Positions 1 through 10,108 of a stretch of DNA of 64,000 nt are shown here, piece after piece. Source of the stretch: Fibrobacteria bacterium (lineage in GTDB: Bacteria; Fibrobacterota; Fibrobacteria; UBA11236; JADFYW01); assembly GCA_050294405.1 (NCBI GenBank), contig JBNKOC010000004.1:96001-160000 (forward strand). Direction: 5' to 3'. Below the pieces are notes generated by a model, which saw nothing but the letters and a program-made list of their open reading frames with translations, ran no database searches and was not told the origin of the DNA. The position numbers and the translations under genes were made by a program. The first letter of the stretch is position 1; each line of letters starts with the position of its first letter.

Positions 1-564
1 TTTGCTTTTTCCAGTGTAAATGAAAATGATGTTGTGTCCGAAGTATTGCAAAACGACAATGCTGTTTACCTCTTCGAAAAAGTAGCCCATTATAAACCCG
101 GCAGACATTTGGAACCTGCCCGAGCCAGCATTAGGAACATTATTCTTCAGGAAAGAAAAGTGGAAATGGCCAAGGCGGAAGTTGAAAAAGCTTTGGCCCA
201 AATCAAAGGGCTTGAAGTGGAATCCTTGCCTGTGCAGGTTGGTTTAGCCACAAAAGATACTACAGATTTAATTGCGCCTCAGTCTTGGGTACCTGGTGTC
301 GGTTACGATAAAATCGCAGTTCATAAAATTTTCAACCAACCTGTAAAGCAATGGGGTGAGCCATTAGAAACAGATTACGGAGCTGTAGCGGCCTATGTAT
401 TGGAAAAGCAGGAAGAAAAATTTGAGAATTTGGTGGCTAGCACAAAAGAGAAAAAGCCCACAGATGTTCAGTATGTTGTCACTTCATTAAACAATAAATG
501 GTTTACTTCCCTAATGGAAAAAGCCGAGGTGGAAAACAACCTGGATGTAATTTACAGAAATTAA
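1..564 (+). CDS. C-terminal part of a PpiD/SurA-like periplasmic peptidyl-prolyl isomerase/chaperone (5' truncated by window edge)
   Basis: Frame is open from base 1 (FAFSSVNENDVVSEVLQ..., parvulin-like tail). It contains GEPLETDYG and ends WFTSLMEKAEVENN, typical of PpiD C-termini. Confidence 0.6.
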   Translation, partial: FAFSSVNENDVVSEVLQNDNAVYLFEKVAHYKPGRHLEPARASIRNIILQERKVEMAKAEVEKALAQIKGLEVESLPVQVGLATKDTTDLIAPQSWVPGVGYDKIAVHKIFNQPVKQWGEPLETDYGAVAAYVLEKQEEKFENLVASTKEKKPTDVQYVVTSLNNKWFTSLMEKAEVENNLDVIYRN

Positions 565-1337
565 TTTTTCTGCAATCGCTCCAGCATCCAATCTATTTCA
601 GCCTGGAAATAACTACCGGTGCTGGGGAATTTTTTTTTCAGTTGTTTTAGGGATTCCAGCGTTGATTGCGGGTCCGTAAATTTTATGGACAATTCTAACA
701 AAGAAATAAATTCCATTTTATCTGCCAGTTGGCTGAGGGGTTTATACTCTTTAGCCAGACTAAATTCTTTTAGATGCTTCTTTAATAGCTCCCTAAGCTC
801 TGTCCATAAATCATTGGCTACGTTTTCCTGAAAACAGATATCCAACCAGCCCTCAAGGTTAAAAGCCAGTAAACCATAAAAGCTGCCTTCATAATTGTCT
901 TTTACTTGATTATTGAGTTCCACCAGCTTGCTGAGCCAGGATTGAGCCGTTTCAAGGGGTAAATCTGGCAGGTAATCCTTGTCCATTATTTGGCAGTTTT
1001 CCAAATTTTGAATTTTTAATTTTTCTATGACCGGGAGTCCATGCAACCTACAGGCAAGGGCCCGCCCACCATGTCCCTGACATAAGCCATTTTCACCCTG
1101 AAGCCTGCAAAAAAAATTCCCCTCAAAATCAGGGTGGGCAAGCATGGGTTTAGCAATAAAAGCTTCCATTTCCTCTTGAGAATACTCGTTAAGCATCCAA
1201 TTAAACAGGCAAATAAATTCCACTAATGTCATAGTGGGAGAAACGCAGCAACCTTTGCAACCTGCAAAACAGGGCACAGGAGGCAATTTTTTATAAAGGC
1301 TGGATAAAGCCTCTTGTGAATCTGAAATACTGTTCAT
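561..1337 (-). CDS. YkgJ/CxxCxxCC family Zn/Fe-chelating cysteine-cluster protein
   Basis: CFAGCKGCC, then FCRLQ..LCQGH..RALACRLHG cysteine pattern. Confidence 0.75.
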   Translation of the reverse strand: MNSISDSQEALSSLYKKLPPVPCFAGCKGCCVSPTMTLVEFICLFNWMLNEYSQEEMEAFIAKPMLAHPDFEGNFFCRLQGENGLCQGHGGRALACRLHGLPVIEKLKIQNLENCQIMDKDYLPDLPLETAQSWLSKLVELNNQVKDNYEGSFYGLLAFNLEGWLDICFQENVANDLWTELRELLKKHLKEFSLAKEYKPLSQLADKMEFISLLELSIKFTDPQSTLESLKQLKKKFPSTGSYFQAEIDWMLERLQKN

Positions 1338-1561
1338 GGCTTAATCCAAATATCGGATTTTTTTTCAAAGAAATGAATTTAAAAGCCACTTTATCTGGGA
1401 CTTTTACTAAAAAAACTTATTTTGGGTACCTCGGGGCGATGGACTTTCAAAAAAATCAAAAAACTATAAAGAAATGCTTTATTTCATGCCAAAAACGGCC
1501 AATTTTAGTTTTTTAGAAAAATTTTGGACTTGCTATGAAATCAATCTCATTATAAAATTAA

Positions 1562-2641
1562 TTGACTTTATTTAAGGACCAAGTGGGAGAAAAAAACAAC
1601 ACCATATTAATTGTCGACGACGAAGAATCAATTTGCGACATCATTAGCGATTATTTGCAGCTTCGGGAATACAACTGCTTAACTGCAAATTCTGTTGATG
1701 CTGCTGTTAATATATTGAATCAGAAGTCAGTAGACTGCATTGTATCTGATATTAAGATGCCTGGCTTGTCCGGTTTGGATTTGCTAAAAATTGTAATGTC
1801 TGACTGGCCCGACCTTGCTGTCATTTTAATTACAGGTCACGGCGAAATAAACACCGCAGTAACTGCAATGCAGGAAGGCGCCTACGATTTTATATTAAAA
1901 CCCATTCAGTTGGAGCATATTACCAAAAGCGTCATGAACGCTTTGGAAAAGAAAAAACTAAAAGAAGAATTAAAGAACTATCAAAAAAATCTTGAAGACT
2001 TAGTAGAAAAACGCACCGCTCAAATTAACGGTACCTTACGGGCCTTAAAGTCTTCCCACTTGGAAACCATTAACATATTGGCAAATGCTGCTGAGTTTAG
2101 AGACGACGAAACAGGCAGCCATGTTTTAAGAATTAGTAAATACTGCGAAATACTGGCCAAGGGTTTGAATATGAGTAAAGAGCAGGTGTGGATGATTACT
2201 AAAGCCAGCCCTTTACATGACATCGGAAAAATCGGGATACCCGATTCCATATTGTTAAAACCCGCACCCTTAACCAGCGCAGAGTTTGAAATAATGAAAA
2301 CCCACCCGGTAATAGGCACTGCCATATTAAAAAACACAAAATCTAATTTGTTAAAAGTGGCGGAACAAATAGCCGAATCCCATCATGAAAAATGGGATGG
2401 CTCAGGTTATCCAAAGGGATTGAGCGGAGAAGAAATCCCCATTGCCGGGAGAATTACTGCTCTTGCTGATGTATTTGATGCCCTAACCATGAAGAGATGT
2501 TATAAGCCCGCTTTTTCAATTGAGAAATCAACCGAAATTATGCGAGAAGGTAGGGGAACCCACTTCGATCCAAAAATCATCGATGTGTTTTTCGAGCACC
2601 TCGATGAAATTATTTCCGTCTACAACACCTACAAAGATTAG
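1562..2641 (+). CDS. Response regulator with HD-GYP c-di-GMP phosphodiesterase domain (RpfG-like)
   Basis: Receiver motifs ILIVDD, DIKMP and KP, then a coiled coil, LHDIGK and HHEKWDGSGYP. Probable true start is GTG at 1583 after AAGGA. Confidence 0.92.
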   Translation: MTLFKDQVGEKNNTILIVDDEESICDIISDYLQLREYNCLTANSVDAAVNILNQKSVDCIVSDIKMPGLSGLDLLKIVMSDWPDLAVILITGHGEINTAVTAMQEGAYDFILKPIQLEHITKSVMNALEKKKLKEELKNYQKNLEDLVEKRTAQINGTLRALKSSHLETINILANAAEFRDDETGSHVLRISKYCEILAKGLNMSKEQVWMITKASPLHDIGKIGIPDSILLKPAPLTSAEFEIMKTHPVIGTAILKNTKSNLLKVAEQIAESHHEKWDGSGYPKGLSGEEIPIAGRITALADVFDALTMKRCYKPAFSIEKSTEIMREGRGTHFDPKIIDVFFEHLDEIISVYNTYKD

Positions 2642-5600
2642 TGGATTTTAATCACTTTTCTATTGGCTGACAAACTTTCAGCACCCATTCTAATCTGAAT
2701 TTGCACAAGGTAAGAGCCTGCTGGCATGGTCTTACCTTGGCTGTTGTTCCCATCCCAGGATACCAATAGCTCGTTTTTACCTTCAGCCAAATTACCTTTA
2801 AATTGGCGCAAAACTTTACCCCGCAGGTCTCTAATGGTCAGTTCATACGGAACCTGGCCCAAATTACTAACCGGAGGCAAACTGTATTTAAACTGGGTTA
2901 TGCTAGTAAAGGGATTGGGAAAGTTCACAAATTGATGGGCGTTTAAACTCTTAAGGCTTTCCGCAAACTCGGAATTTCCAACTGCAAGATAAAACTCCCC
3001 ACTTTCAATTTGAGACTTTTTCAAAAGCACTGGGTTTTCGGAAAGTGAGAAAATTTTGTTGGTCTTTGCGTCCCAAATAAAAGATTGAAGGCTATCAGGA
3101 CCCGCCCAATTGGACTTCTTAACCTGCACCAAGTCGCTGCCTTTTTGAAAATCAATATGCAATGGCCACAGAGAATTCATATTCCCTTCAAACTTCTTTA
3201 CCGAATAGGAATACTCTTTATTTTCTTCCATGTTGGCTGTTATATACGCGCTAAAATTTTGACCGGGAACTAAAGGCGCTTTTCCCATAGTTTTTTCATT
3301 TAGCCCCTGGCCGATAAAAATATGCTGAGTTGCACTGCTGTTATATACATCCACTGCCAACTGATATTTATGGGCACTTTTTCTGCGTTTGGAAAGAGCT
3401 GGGTTATCACTGCGTTGGTTGTCAATATTAGGGAATATTAGTGTTTGGGGAGCTGGAGGCAAAGTAGTGTATCCTTTCCAGGGAAATAAACTAGTTGTAT
3501 CGCTTACTAACTGAATCCAGCTTTTTTCTTCGGGAGAATATTCCCAAATTTCTCCGGCATAGTTCCCAGATGCGGCTCTGAGATCGCCAAGATTAATGGG
3601 GAAGTTATACGGAATTCCAAAATCATTCCAAACTCCGCTGATAAGGGATAAAGATTGTAATTGGTGATCTAATGTTTGGCCTCCATTGGAACGAGGCGTA
3701 AAATAGTTTTTGGATTTGTCTACCACGGCCACCCATATAGCTTTTCCTTTATCCAGCTGAAAACCATCGGTGCTGTTGCCATCGTATTCCACGTATTTAC
3801 TTCCATCCCACCTGGCGATTTTCTGGTTGTATTTATCCCACTTGTTTGCCGTAGATCCGATGGCATTTAACATCATATCTTCAGCATCTACATCTTCAGC
3901 CCAGGGGTAACTGAATAGCTCCCAGGTTTTGGCTTGTTTAATGACTACATCAGCAAATACAGCCTCATCCGTTCCCGCAATTTCACCTCCGGAGGATTGT
4001 TGCAAGGCATTTTCCGTAGAACTGCCAAAACTCACTGGTGCCACCACTCTGGAAAAACTGACTTTGCCTGCATCAAAAACAGCAACCATAAATTCCAAAC
4101 CTCGGGTCACTTTCCTTTGAGTACGGGTTTTAGCATAAACATTGTCTCCGTTTTTAATGTTTACCGAAAGGCTGGTGGAAGGAATATCGCCAGTTGTGGC
4201 TTCTACAACCGATCCCAGTCCCTTAACAGCCATAGCCGCAGTAAAAGTTTCTTCATCCACTGTAAAATCCACAGGTATTTTTCCAAAACCACTGGCAAGA
4301 GTCCCTGTGGACAGCGCCTCTCTAAAAGCATTGAAATAATTAAATGTCCAGTTTCCCTGTAACTCGCTCCCCAAAGAACCTAAGGAAGTATTGAAAATCT
4401 GAAATTTCGAAAAATAATCTGGGTCGAAAATATCATCCGCCATAGAACCTGCCGGCAAAGCCGCCACAGCAATAAAAGGATTGCTGGTTATAAACTGAGC
4501 TCCTGTTAAATTTATATCCACTAGATTGGTGCCTGTGTCAATGGCTGTCTCCAAGCTTTCCAGGCTGAGAGTTCCGCCAGGAGTTGCCACCTGGGCGCCT
4601 CTGGTAAAATAAAAACGCCCTTGCTCCCTGCTGTGGATACTCACTGTAGACACAAGCCCATTTACTTCCACAGACCAACTGGGAACATAAAAAATGCGGT
4701 TTGAAGTTGTGACCCGATAGACTTGCAAATCTGAGGGAATAACTGCTGTAGATGGTAATTCAAAATTTATTTTGAAAAAATTATTCTCCGCTTCTGTGGG
4801 GTCTGTAGTTTGATAACTAAAGTCCGCGTTGATGTATGGCAAGGAATCATATAGCTGCAGCTGAGGAATAGAGGCCTTAATACCGGCATCTATGGACCCG
4901 CCAGAAACCGGATTTGCCACCACATTTTGTGAAGCTTTTTCCCAGGTGTAATAGGTTTTCACAGTGCCGTAAAGATTATCTGTAAAACCCCAGCTATCCA
5001 AATTTTCCGGACACCTTTGTCCAGGAACTGCACCTGAACAGCCTCCTTCCTTAATTACATTGGGTGTAGTAAATTCCACACATCCAGCATGTGCATTTGG
5101 ACCATTGGCCGCAGTGCCAAAAGCCTGGCAGGCTGTGTAAGTAATATTTCCATTTGAATCCAAACCAGATGCGCCTAATGTAAGCTGAAGGCCGCCAAGT
5201 CCACCAGGGCCTAAAGTGGATACGTCAATTTGATTTTGATTAATGGCCTCAGATATTGGAGGAATCGTATTTTCCAATTCTCCTTTAGAATACCATATGT
5301 ACAGATATTTATAAGTAGTGGTATCGTAATTGAGAGAGGTAAAATCAATTGTCACAGAATCCGCTTCATTCTCTATAGTAGAAACACTGATGCGCCCACT
5401 GGTCCAGGCTGAATCATACCTATCTTCTAAGGCGCCTACATCATTGGGAGCTTTTCGAACTCTGCCAAATAAATCTCTGGCCACAGGGTAGCTGGGGGAT
5501 GCACCAAAATTTAAGGAACTACACTCCTCGTCCAATTTACAAGAAAGAGCCGTTTCCAATTTGCTTTCCACAAAGGTACTGATAAAAAGACTGGGATCGG

Positions 5601-8298
5601 TTGGGTTGTGGGTTCGCACACTTAAAATTTCAGGTCCTGGGAGCAGCCTGGGAGCTGGATTGGTCAAGTCAAACAACTCAGGCTCAGATGATGCAAAGAC
5701 ATTGCGCTGCAACTGGAACATACTGGAAGAAAGGGTATTGCTAAAAGGAGCGCCATGGGCTACTCCATTCCCGGAAAAGTGATTGCTTGCTACAATAACA
5801 TTTAAACCCGTGGTAACGGATGGGTCCTGAGAAAGGGCAATTGAAACAGAATCCTTATCGATAAATGTGTTATTTAATACCTTTACAAAACCAGGTCCGG
5901 CAAACTTTAAAGCAGCAGTACCGTTAAAAACAACATTGTTGCTAATGGTAAGGCTGTCGGTGGCGCTGGTCCCTGATATTCGTATAATATCACCGGCCAC
6001 TTCATTTTCCGTTTGAAAACGCAAAATATTTGCATCTAATGTTACCTGATTTGCCCCAAGTGTTACAGCAGGAGTAGCTTCATCTATTTTTTCCAGCAGA
6101 AAACCCACCAATTGCGTATTCGGACGGGTAATTGTAATGCCCCGCATAATGGGTCTTAAGTCGGAATTCGATTCTAAATAATTCCGGCTCATAATAATTA
6201 ACTCATCCGCTCCATAACTGTTGTCGATGGTAAGGTTTTCCACATCTTCCGGGTTGGAATCCGCAAAATCCACTACCAGAGTTATGGGGCGGGAAGCTGC
6301 TTCAGACAAGCCATCTGTAATATCACAAAAGGGCTGGTCCTCGGTTCCTAAACCTTTGGCATTTGGCAAACAACTGCTACTTGGGCTAACATAAACCAGT
6401 TCTGAAGTAAGTTCGTTTAATTTTATCCATTCTGTTTCCAATGTATCTGTACCTCTTTCCGAGGATGTGCCAATGGGGTAAGCTTTAAACAACACGGAAT
6501 CCCTTTGGGGCAAATCATCAAAAGTCAATTGGGTTAACCCCGAAACATCATAAGCGGTATCTTTATAAACCGTACTGTCTTCGCCCCTAAAAATAAGCAC
6601 TCCTATAGAGTCTATTTCCTCCACGCCGGCAACAAAAGAAAATTGCACAATACCCAATTGATGCTGGGTGGCATTGGAACTCAAATTCAATTGAAAGTCC
6701 CTAACCGGATAGGCATCCACTCCTGTCACTTCCACAATAGCCACAGAATCCACTACATGGGCAAAGCCATTGGCGTTTTTATGGACCATTTTCACGTATA
6801 CGGGCCCCCCGGTTCTCAAAGAATTAGGAACCTTAATAGATGTTACCGCCTCATTGGGCTGCCCGATTCCAATACCGTCTTTAGAGTAAGCGACACCATT
6901 CCAATAATAACCGTTTCCGATTAAGGTGGCCGTATCGGCCCCAATCATATTTTCAGTGTCGCTTAGGAAATAAAACATTTCCAAACCCAAAGTTTGTTCA
7001 TTGCCATAATAACTGGTGTCATAGCTGATTGCAGACTGGGAAACATTAAAACCATCGCTGGAAAAGCTTAAAGAAGCGATGGGGCTTGGTTTGTATATGG
7101 TCCCATTGGGGTCAAATTCCGGCAAACAACCCACCAGCATATTTCCATCCCAGTTTGGGACGGCGGTGGCCGACTTATCATAGGGAAGAAAGTTGATAAA
7201 AGAAAGTTCGGTACCGGGCAAATCCGAAAGAGGAGGTATAACATCGGTAAAATTCCTATAGACTTCAGATACATAGCCAAAATCGCTGCCGTCAATGGGA
7301 AGGCTTGCGTCTGTATGAAATTGCACCAGGGGATAGTCAGCGTTATCGTAATCCGATAACCCCGGGGGCAACAATACATTATCGGCAGAAGGCACGCCAT
7401 TAGCCTGATTCATGGGCACTCCAGAAGAAGCAAAATAGGCATTGCGGACCACCGAATCCTGAGTATCAGTGTGTTGTGTATTTAAAGGAGGAAATAACCA
7501 ACCATCAACGGCAATCAAATTGTGTTGGATTTTAAAGTTGTCATTATCGGGGCTGGTCAAATCAGAAAGGCTGATTATGTAATTGTCCGCCTCTCCCACA
7601 AAGGTATTTGCCAATATATGTATGCCGTGACTATTGGATTGCACCCCCCCGGAAAGAAATAAATTAGAACGAAGTTCCACTTTACGCCCGCTGTTATTGA
7701 ATACATAAGCATAAGTTCCGGAAATATTTCGAAAGAAATTTCTTTCAATTAACACGCTATCTCCAGCCAAATTAATAGCTCCCCCATCCACCAGATTAAA
7801 AACGCAATTAGTAATAAAAGAGCTATCAGCCTCGCTCTGAAGGTTAATAGCGTAGCCAGAGCCATTTTCCTGCACAAAACCAATGTTATTGATTGTGGTT
7901 TTAGGAGCATTGGAATAAATAATGTTTGCCAAGGGAGAGCCAGAGTTCGCACTTTTCATATAAAGCCGCGTTGTGGGGTCGGCTAAATTCAGAATGCTAA
8001 AGTCCACAGCAATTCTTCCACCCGGATTCAATTTTAATGTGTCGCTGAAATAAACCGTATCCTCCGGCAAATCGTCAAAGGCCAATTCTAAACTAAGGCT
8101 GGCGCAATTAGAAGCGTTGCGGCTGGCAATATAGGCGTTTAAGTTAGTCGGGTTATATGGGTTAAGGGTACTCTGACCTGTACCATTTGCATTTGCCGTA
8201 CTGCTAATATCAACGGTTGTGTCACAAACGGCCTGCCCAAAAACTGGAATCAGATTTAAAAATAAAATAAAGAAAGGAACTAGCCTTAAGAACATCAA
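2638..8298 (-). CDS. 1886-aa secreted protein with parallel beta-helix regions and a C-terminal FlgD-Ig/Por-secretion-like tail
   Basis: Signal peptide, Asn-ladder beta-helix-like segments, VYVSPSS..GTEDQPF and DLFGRVR..DVGALE motifs. C-terminus NFPNPF..IRDLRGK..WDGNN..GSY. Confidence 0.75.
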   Translation of the reverse strand: MMFLRLVPFFILFLNLIPVFGQAVCDTTVDISSTANANGTGQSTLNPYNPTNLNAYIASRNASNCASLSLELAFDDLPEDTVYFSDTLKLNPGGRIAVDFSILNLADPTTRLYMKSANSGSPLANIIYSNAPKTTINNIGFVQENGSGYAINLQSEADSSFITNCVFNLVDGGAINLAGDSVLIERNFFRNISGTYAYVFNNSGRKVELRSNLFLSGGVQSNSHGIHILANTFVGEADNYIISLSDLTSPDNDNFKIQHNLIAVDGWLFPPLNTQHTDTQDSVVRNAYFASSGVPMNQANGVPSADNVLLPPGLSDYDNADYPLVQFHTDASLPIDGSDFGYVSEVYRNFTDVIPPLSDLPGTELSFINFLPYDKSATAVPNWDGNMLVGCLPEFDPNGTIYKPSPIASLSFSSDGFNVSQSAISYDTSYYGNEQTLGLEMFYFLSDTENMIGADTATLIGNGYYWNGVAYSKDGIGIGQPNEAVTSIKVPNSLRTGGPVYVKMVHKNANGFAHVVDSVAIVEVTGVDAYPVRDFQLNLSSNATQHQLGIVQFSFVAGVEEIDSIGVLIFRGEDSTVYKDTAYDVSGLTQLTFDDLPQRDSVLFKAYPIGTSSERGTDTLETEWIKLNELTSELVYVSPSSSCLPNAKGLGTEDQPFCDITDGLSEAASRPITLVVDFADSNPEDVENLTIDNSYGADELIIMSRNYLESNSDLRPIMRGITITRPNTQLVGFLLEKIDEATPAVTLGANQVTLDANILRFQTENEVAGDIIRISGTSATDSLTISNNVVFNGTAALKFAGPGFVKVLNNTFIDKDSVSIALSQDPSVTTGLNVIVASNHFSGNGVAHGAPFSNTLSSSMFQLQRNVFASSEPELFDLTNPAPRLLPGPEILSVRTHNPTDPSLFISTFVESKLETALSCKLDEECSSLNFGASPSYPVARDLFGRVRKAPNDVGALEDRYDSAWTSGRISVSTIENEADSVTIDFTSLNYDTTTYKYLYIWYSKGELENTIPPISEAINQNQIDVSTLGPGGLGGLQLTLGASGLDSNGNITYTACQAFGTAANGPNAHAGCVEFTTPNVIKEGGCSGAVPGQRCPENLDSWGFTDNLYGTVKTYYTWEKASQNVVANPVSGGSIDAGIKASIPQLQLYDSLPYINADFSYQTTDPTEAENNFFKINFELPSTAVIPSDLQVYRVTTSNRIFYVPSWSVEVNGLVSTVSIHSREQGRFYFTRGAQVATPGGTLSLESLETAIDTGTNLVDINLTGAQFITSNPFIAVAALPAGSMADDIFDPDYFSKFQIFNTSLGSLGSELQGNWTFNYFNAFREALSTGTLASGFGKIPVDFTVDEETFTAAMAVKGLGSVVEATTGDIPSTSLSVNIKNGDNVYAKTRTQRKVTRGLEFMVAVFDAGKVSFSRVVAPVSFGSSTENALQQSSGGEIAGTDEAVFADVVIKQAKTWELFSYPWAEDVDAEDMMLNAIGSTANKWDKYNQKIARWDGSKYVEYDGNSTDGFQLDKGKAIWVAVVDKSKNYFTPRSNGGQTLDHQLQSLSLISGVWNDFGIPYNFPINLGDLRAASGNYAGEIWEYSPEEKSWIQLVSDTTSLFPWKGYTTLPPAPQTLIFPNIDNQRSDNPALSKRRKSAHKYQLAVDVYNSSATQHIFIGQGLNEKTMGKAPLVPGQNFSAYITANMEENKEYSYSVKKFEGNMNSLWPLHIDFQKGSDLVQVKKSNWAGPDSLQSFIWDAKTNKIFSLSENPVLLKKSQIESGEFYLAVGNSEFAESLKSLNAHQFVNFPNPFTSITQFKYSLPPVSNLGQVPYELTIRDLRGKVLRQFKGNLAEGKNELLVSWDGNNSQGKTMPAGSYLVQIQIRMGAESLSANRKVIKIH

Positions 8299-8452
8299 AA
8301 AACCCCTCTGGTGAAGGTTACCCTTGGCATTTTCATAAAAAATTTGGTTATCCCATTAAAATATAATTTTCCCCCATTCAACCTACTGGAAAAACAGGGT
8401 TGGATAAAGTTGAAATTTTTCAAAAACTTCTTATCCTTTGTGCTGATTCTTT

Positions 8453-8524
8453 GGTGCGTTCGTCTAGCGGTTAGGACGCTGGCCTCTCACGCCGGTAACA
8501 GGGGTTCAAGTCCCCTACGCACTG
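8453..8524 (+). tRNA. tRNA-Glu(CTC)
   Basis: Cloverleaf with acceptor GGTGCGT/ACGCACT, anticodon arm CTGGC-CTCTCAC-GCCGG and T-loop GTTCAAG. No encoded CCA. Confidence 0.95.
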
Positions 8525-8581
8525 AATCTGTAAATGGAGCGACCCGATATTTTATGCAAGCAACCCCGGAAAAACCGGAAA

Positions 8582-8878
8582 CTAATTTGTGCCTTTGATT
8601 TCCCAACTTGTTTTTGGACTTTTGTTTTGATTGAGGGGAAAACCCTCCAATAAAGCCACCAAAAGACCTACTATAAATACTAAGAAACCAAATTCCATGG
8701 CTAATGACAAATCTTGTGCCTGAATTAAGCCAAAAAGGACTCCTAAACAGGAAAAAAACGCCAAAACAAGTAAGGGACGCTTAAGCCTGTTTGCCAGAGC
8801 TTTAAGTTTTCCTTTGGCTAAGCTTGCTAAAACCCGCTTCATCTTAAAAATATTAATTACTGAAGGGGAAGTATCCAA
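8582..8878 (-). CDS. Small hypothetical membrane protein (2 predicted TM helices)
   Basis: Basic N-terminus and two hydrophobic stretches. Start is uncertain. Confidence 0.5.
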   Translation of the reverse strand: MDTSPSVINIFKMKRVLASLAKGKLKALANRLKRPLLVLAFFSCLGVLFGLIQAQDLSLAMEFGFLVFIVGLLVALLEGFPLNQNKSPKTSWEIKGTN

Positions 8879-8921
8879 GATGGCAATTAAGCTGAGCTTG
8901 AAAAAAAGTTCTCAAGCTAAT

Positions 8922-9407
8922 TCAATTTTTTTGAGGATGGGCTTTTTTAGCTTCGGCGGCCTCAGCAATTAATTTTACCCATTCCTTATCGGCCTTAGAG
9001 ATCATAGAAGGAAAACTTTTCCAGAGAAAATGGGCCACCAAATTAGAATTTAGGTAAAGCTTGCGGTCGATTATCACCCAATGTTTGGCTAAACCCATTT
9101 GGGCTTTGCCAAGGGCCGTGGTAAAAGCGCAATTTCCCCCGTATTCCGGAGCGTATTTCGCTGGGTTTTCAGCAAACATTGTTTGGTGCTCTTCCGTGGA
9201 AAAACGCCAGGTTAATTCATTCCAATCGTATTCAATGGAATCTAATCCTTTTACCAAACTGGATTCCGTGAAATAGGAAACCACATCATAACCCTGAATA
9301 GCCACTTTGTGTTTTTTTTCAGAGGAAACTTCGATATCCCAACGAAAAAAAAGAATGATCCCCGCCAGAACGGCAACCACCCCAATTGCAAGTAAAATTC
9401 CCTTCAT
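8922..9407 (-). CDS. YHS-domain (seleno)protein family member, Cys form
   Basis: AIQGYDVVSYF, WRFSTEEH, and FAENPAKYAPEYGGNCAF motifs. Confidence 0.85.
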   Translation of the reverse strand: MKGILLAIGVVAVLAGIILFFRWDIEVSSEKKHKVAIQGYDVVSYFTESSLVKGLDSIEYDWNELTWRFSTEEHQTMFAENPAKYAPEYGGNCAFTTALGKAQMGLAKHWVIIDRKLYLNSNLVAHFLWKSFPSMISKADKEWVKLIAEAAEAKKAHPQKN

Positions 9408-9471
9408 TACCTATTCCTTTCAGTGGCCTGGAAATATAACCAAATCCTATTTGAAAACGGAATAACAGGGC

Positions 9472-10107
9472 TCATTTTAAAAGTTTTGACTTTAGAAGAC
9501 CTACCCATTCAGGACTTAATTGCTCGAGTTTAAGCGCCTTTTCCAAATTTTGAGGGCTGGAACCATTCAAGCTCCAGTCTACTATTTCTGAAATACTGGG
9601 GTTTTCGGGGTTTTTCTGCAAAATTTCTGCCTTAGCCGGATAAATCTCCCCGGGTTTTAAAACCCGGCAATAAACCCCCACTTTTTTGCTTTGCAAAAAA
9701 GGTTTGATAAACCCCTTTCTGCCTAATTTCATTTCCAGTTTAAAGCAGGGTTTGCGTGGCTGGCCAATTTCCAACTCACAGCTTCCGATTTTTAAAATAT
9801 CCCCGACTCTGAGTTCTGACTCCAGCAGACCTTTCGTGGTTAAGTTTTCACCAAAACTGCCCGGATGCGCATCCAGGTTAAATTCCTTTTTCCAATACTC
9901 AAAGTGCTCAGACGGGTACAAATAAACAGCTTTCAATTTCCCACCGTGATTTTCTAAATCGGCCTGGCAGTCTTCCACAAGACCAAGCTCATTTACCTTT
10001 TGCGGCCCCTCTAAAGGTTTTTTTCCAAAACCGGTGAGCCCCGTTTTGCCCAAATATTCGTAAGGCTCCAGTTTGCTCCCGTTAACAGATAAAATTAAGC
10101 ATTCCAT
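9472..10107 (-). CDS. MOSC domain protein (YiiM-like)
   Basis: D.QADLENHGG, FGENLT and QPRKPCFKL motifs. Confidence 0.9.
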   Translation of the reverse strand: MECLILSVNGSKLEPYEYLGKTGLTGFGKKPLEGPQKVNELGLVEDCQADLENHGGKLKAVYLYPSEHFEYWKKEFNLDAHPGSFGENLTTKGLLESELRVGDILKIGSCELEIGQPRKPCFKLEMKLGRKGFIKPFLQSKKVGVYCRVLKPGEIYPAKAEILQKNPENPSISEIVDWSLNGSSPQNLEKALKLEQLSPEWVGLLKSKLLK

Positions 10108-10108
10108 G

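Noticed and set aside
1316..1516. This and the many other short antisense or overlapping ORFs in the track
   Set aside because: They lie in promoter DNA or opposite well-supported genes and have no recognisable motifs.
8311..8598. 95-aa ORF on the plus strand
   Set aside because: It overlaps the tRNA-Glu gene and promoter DNA, so it is a shadow ORF.
8922..9407. Selenoprotein (YHS family can carry Sec)
   Set aside because: The site is a Cys codon, with no in-frame TGA.
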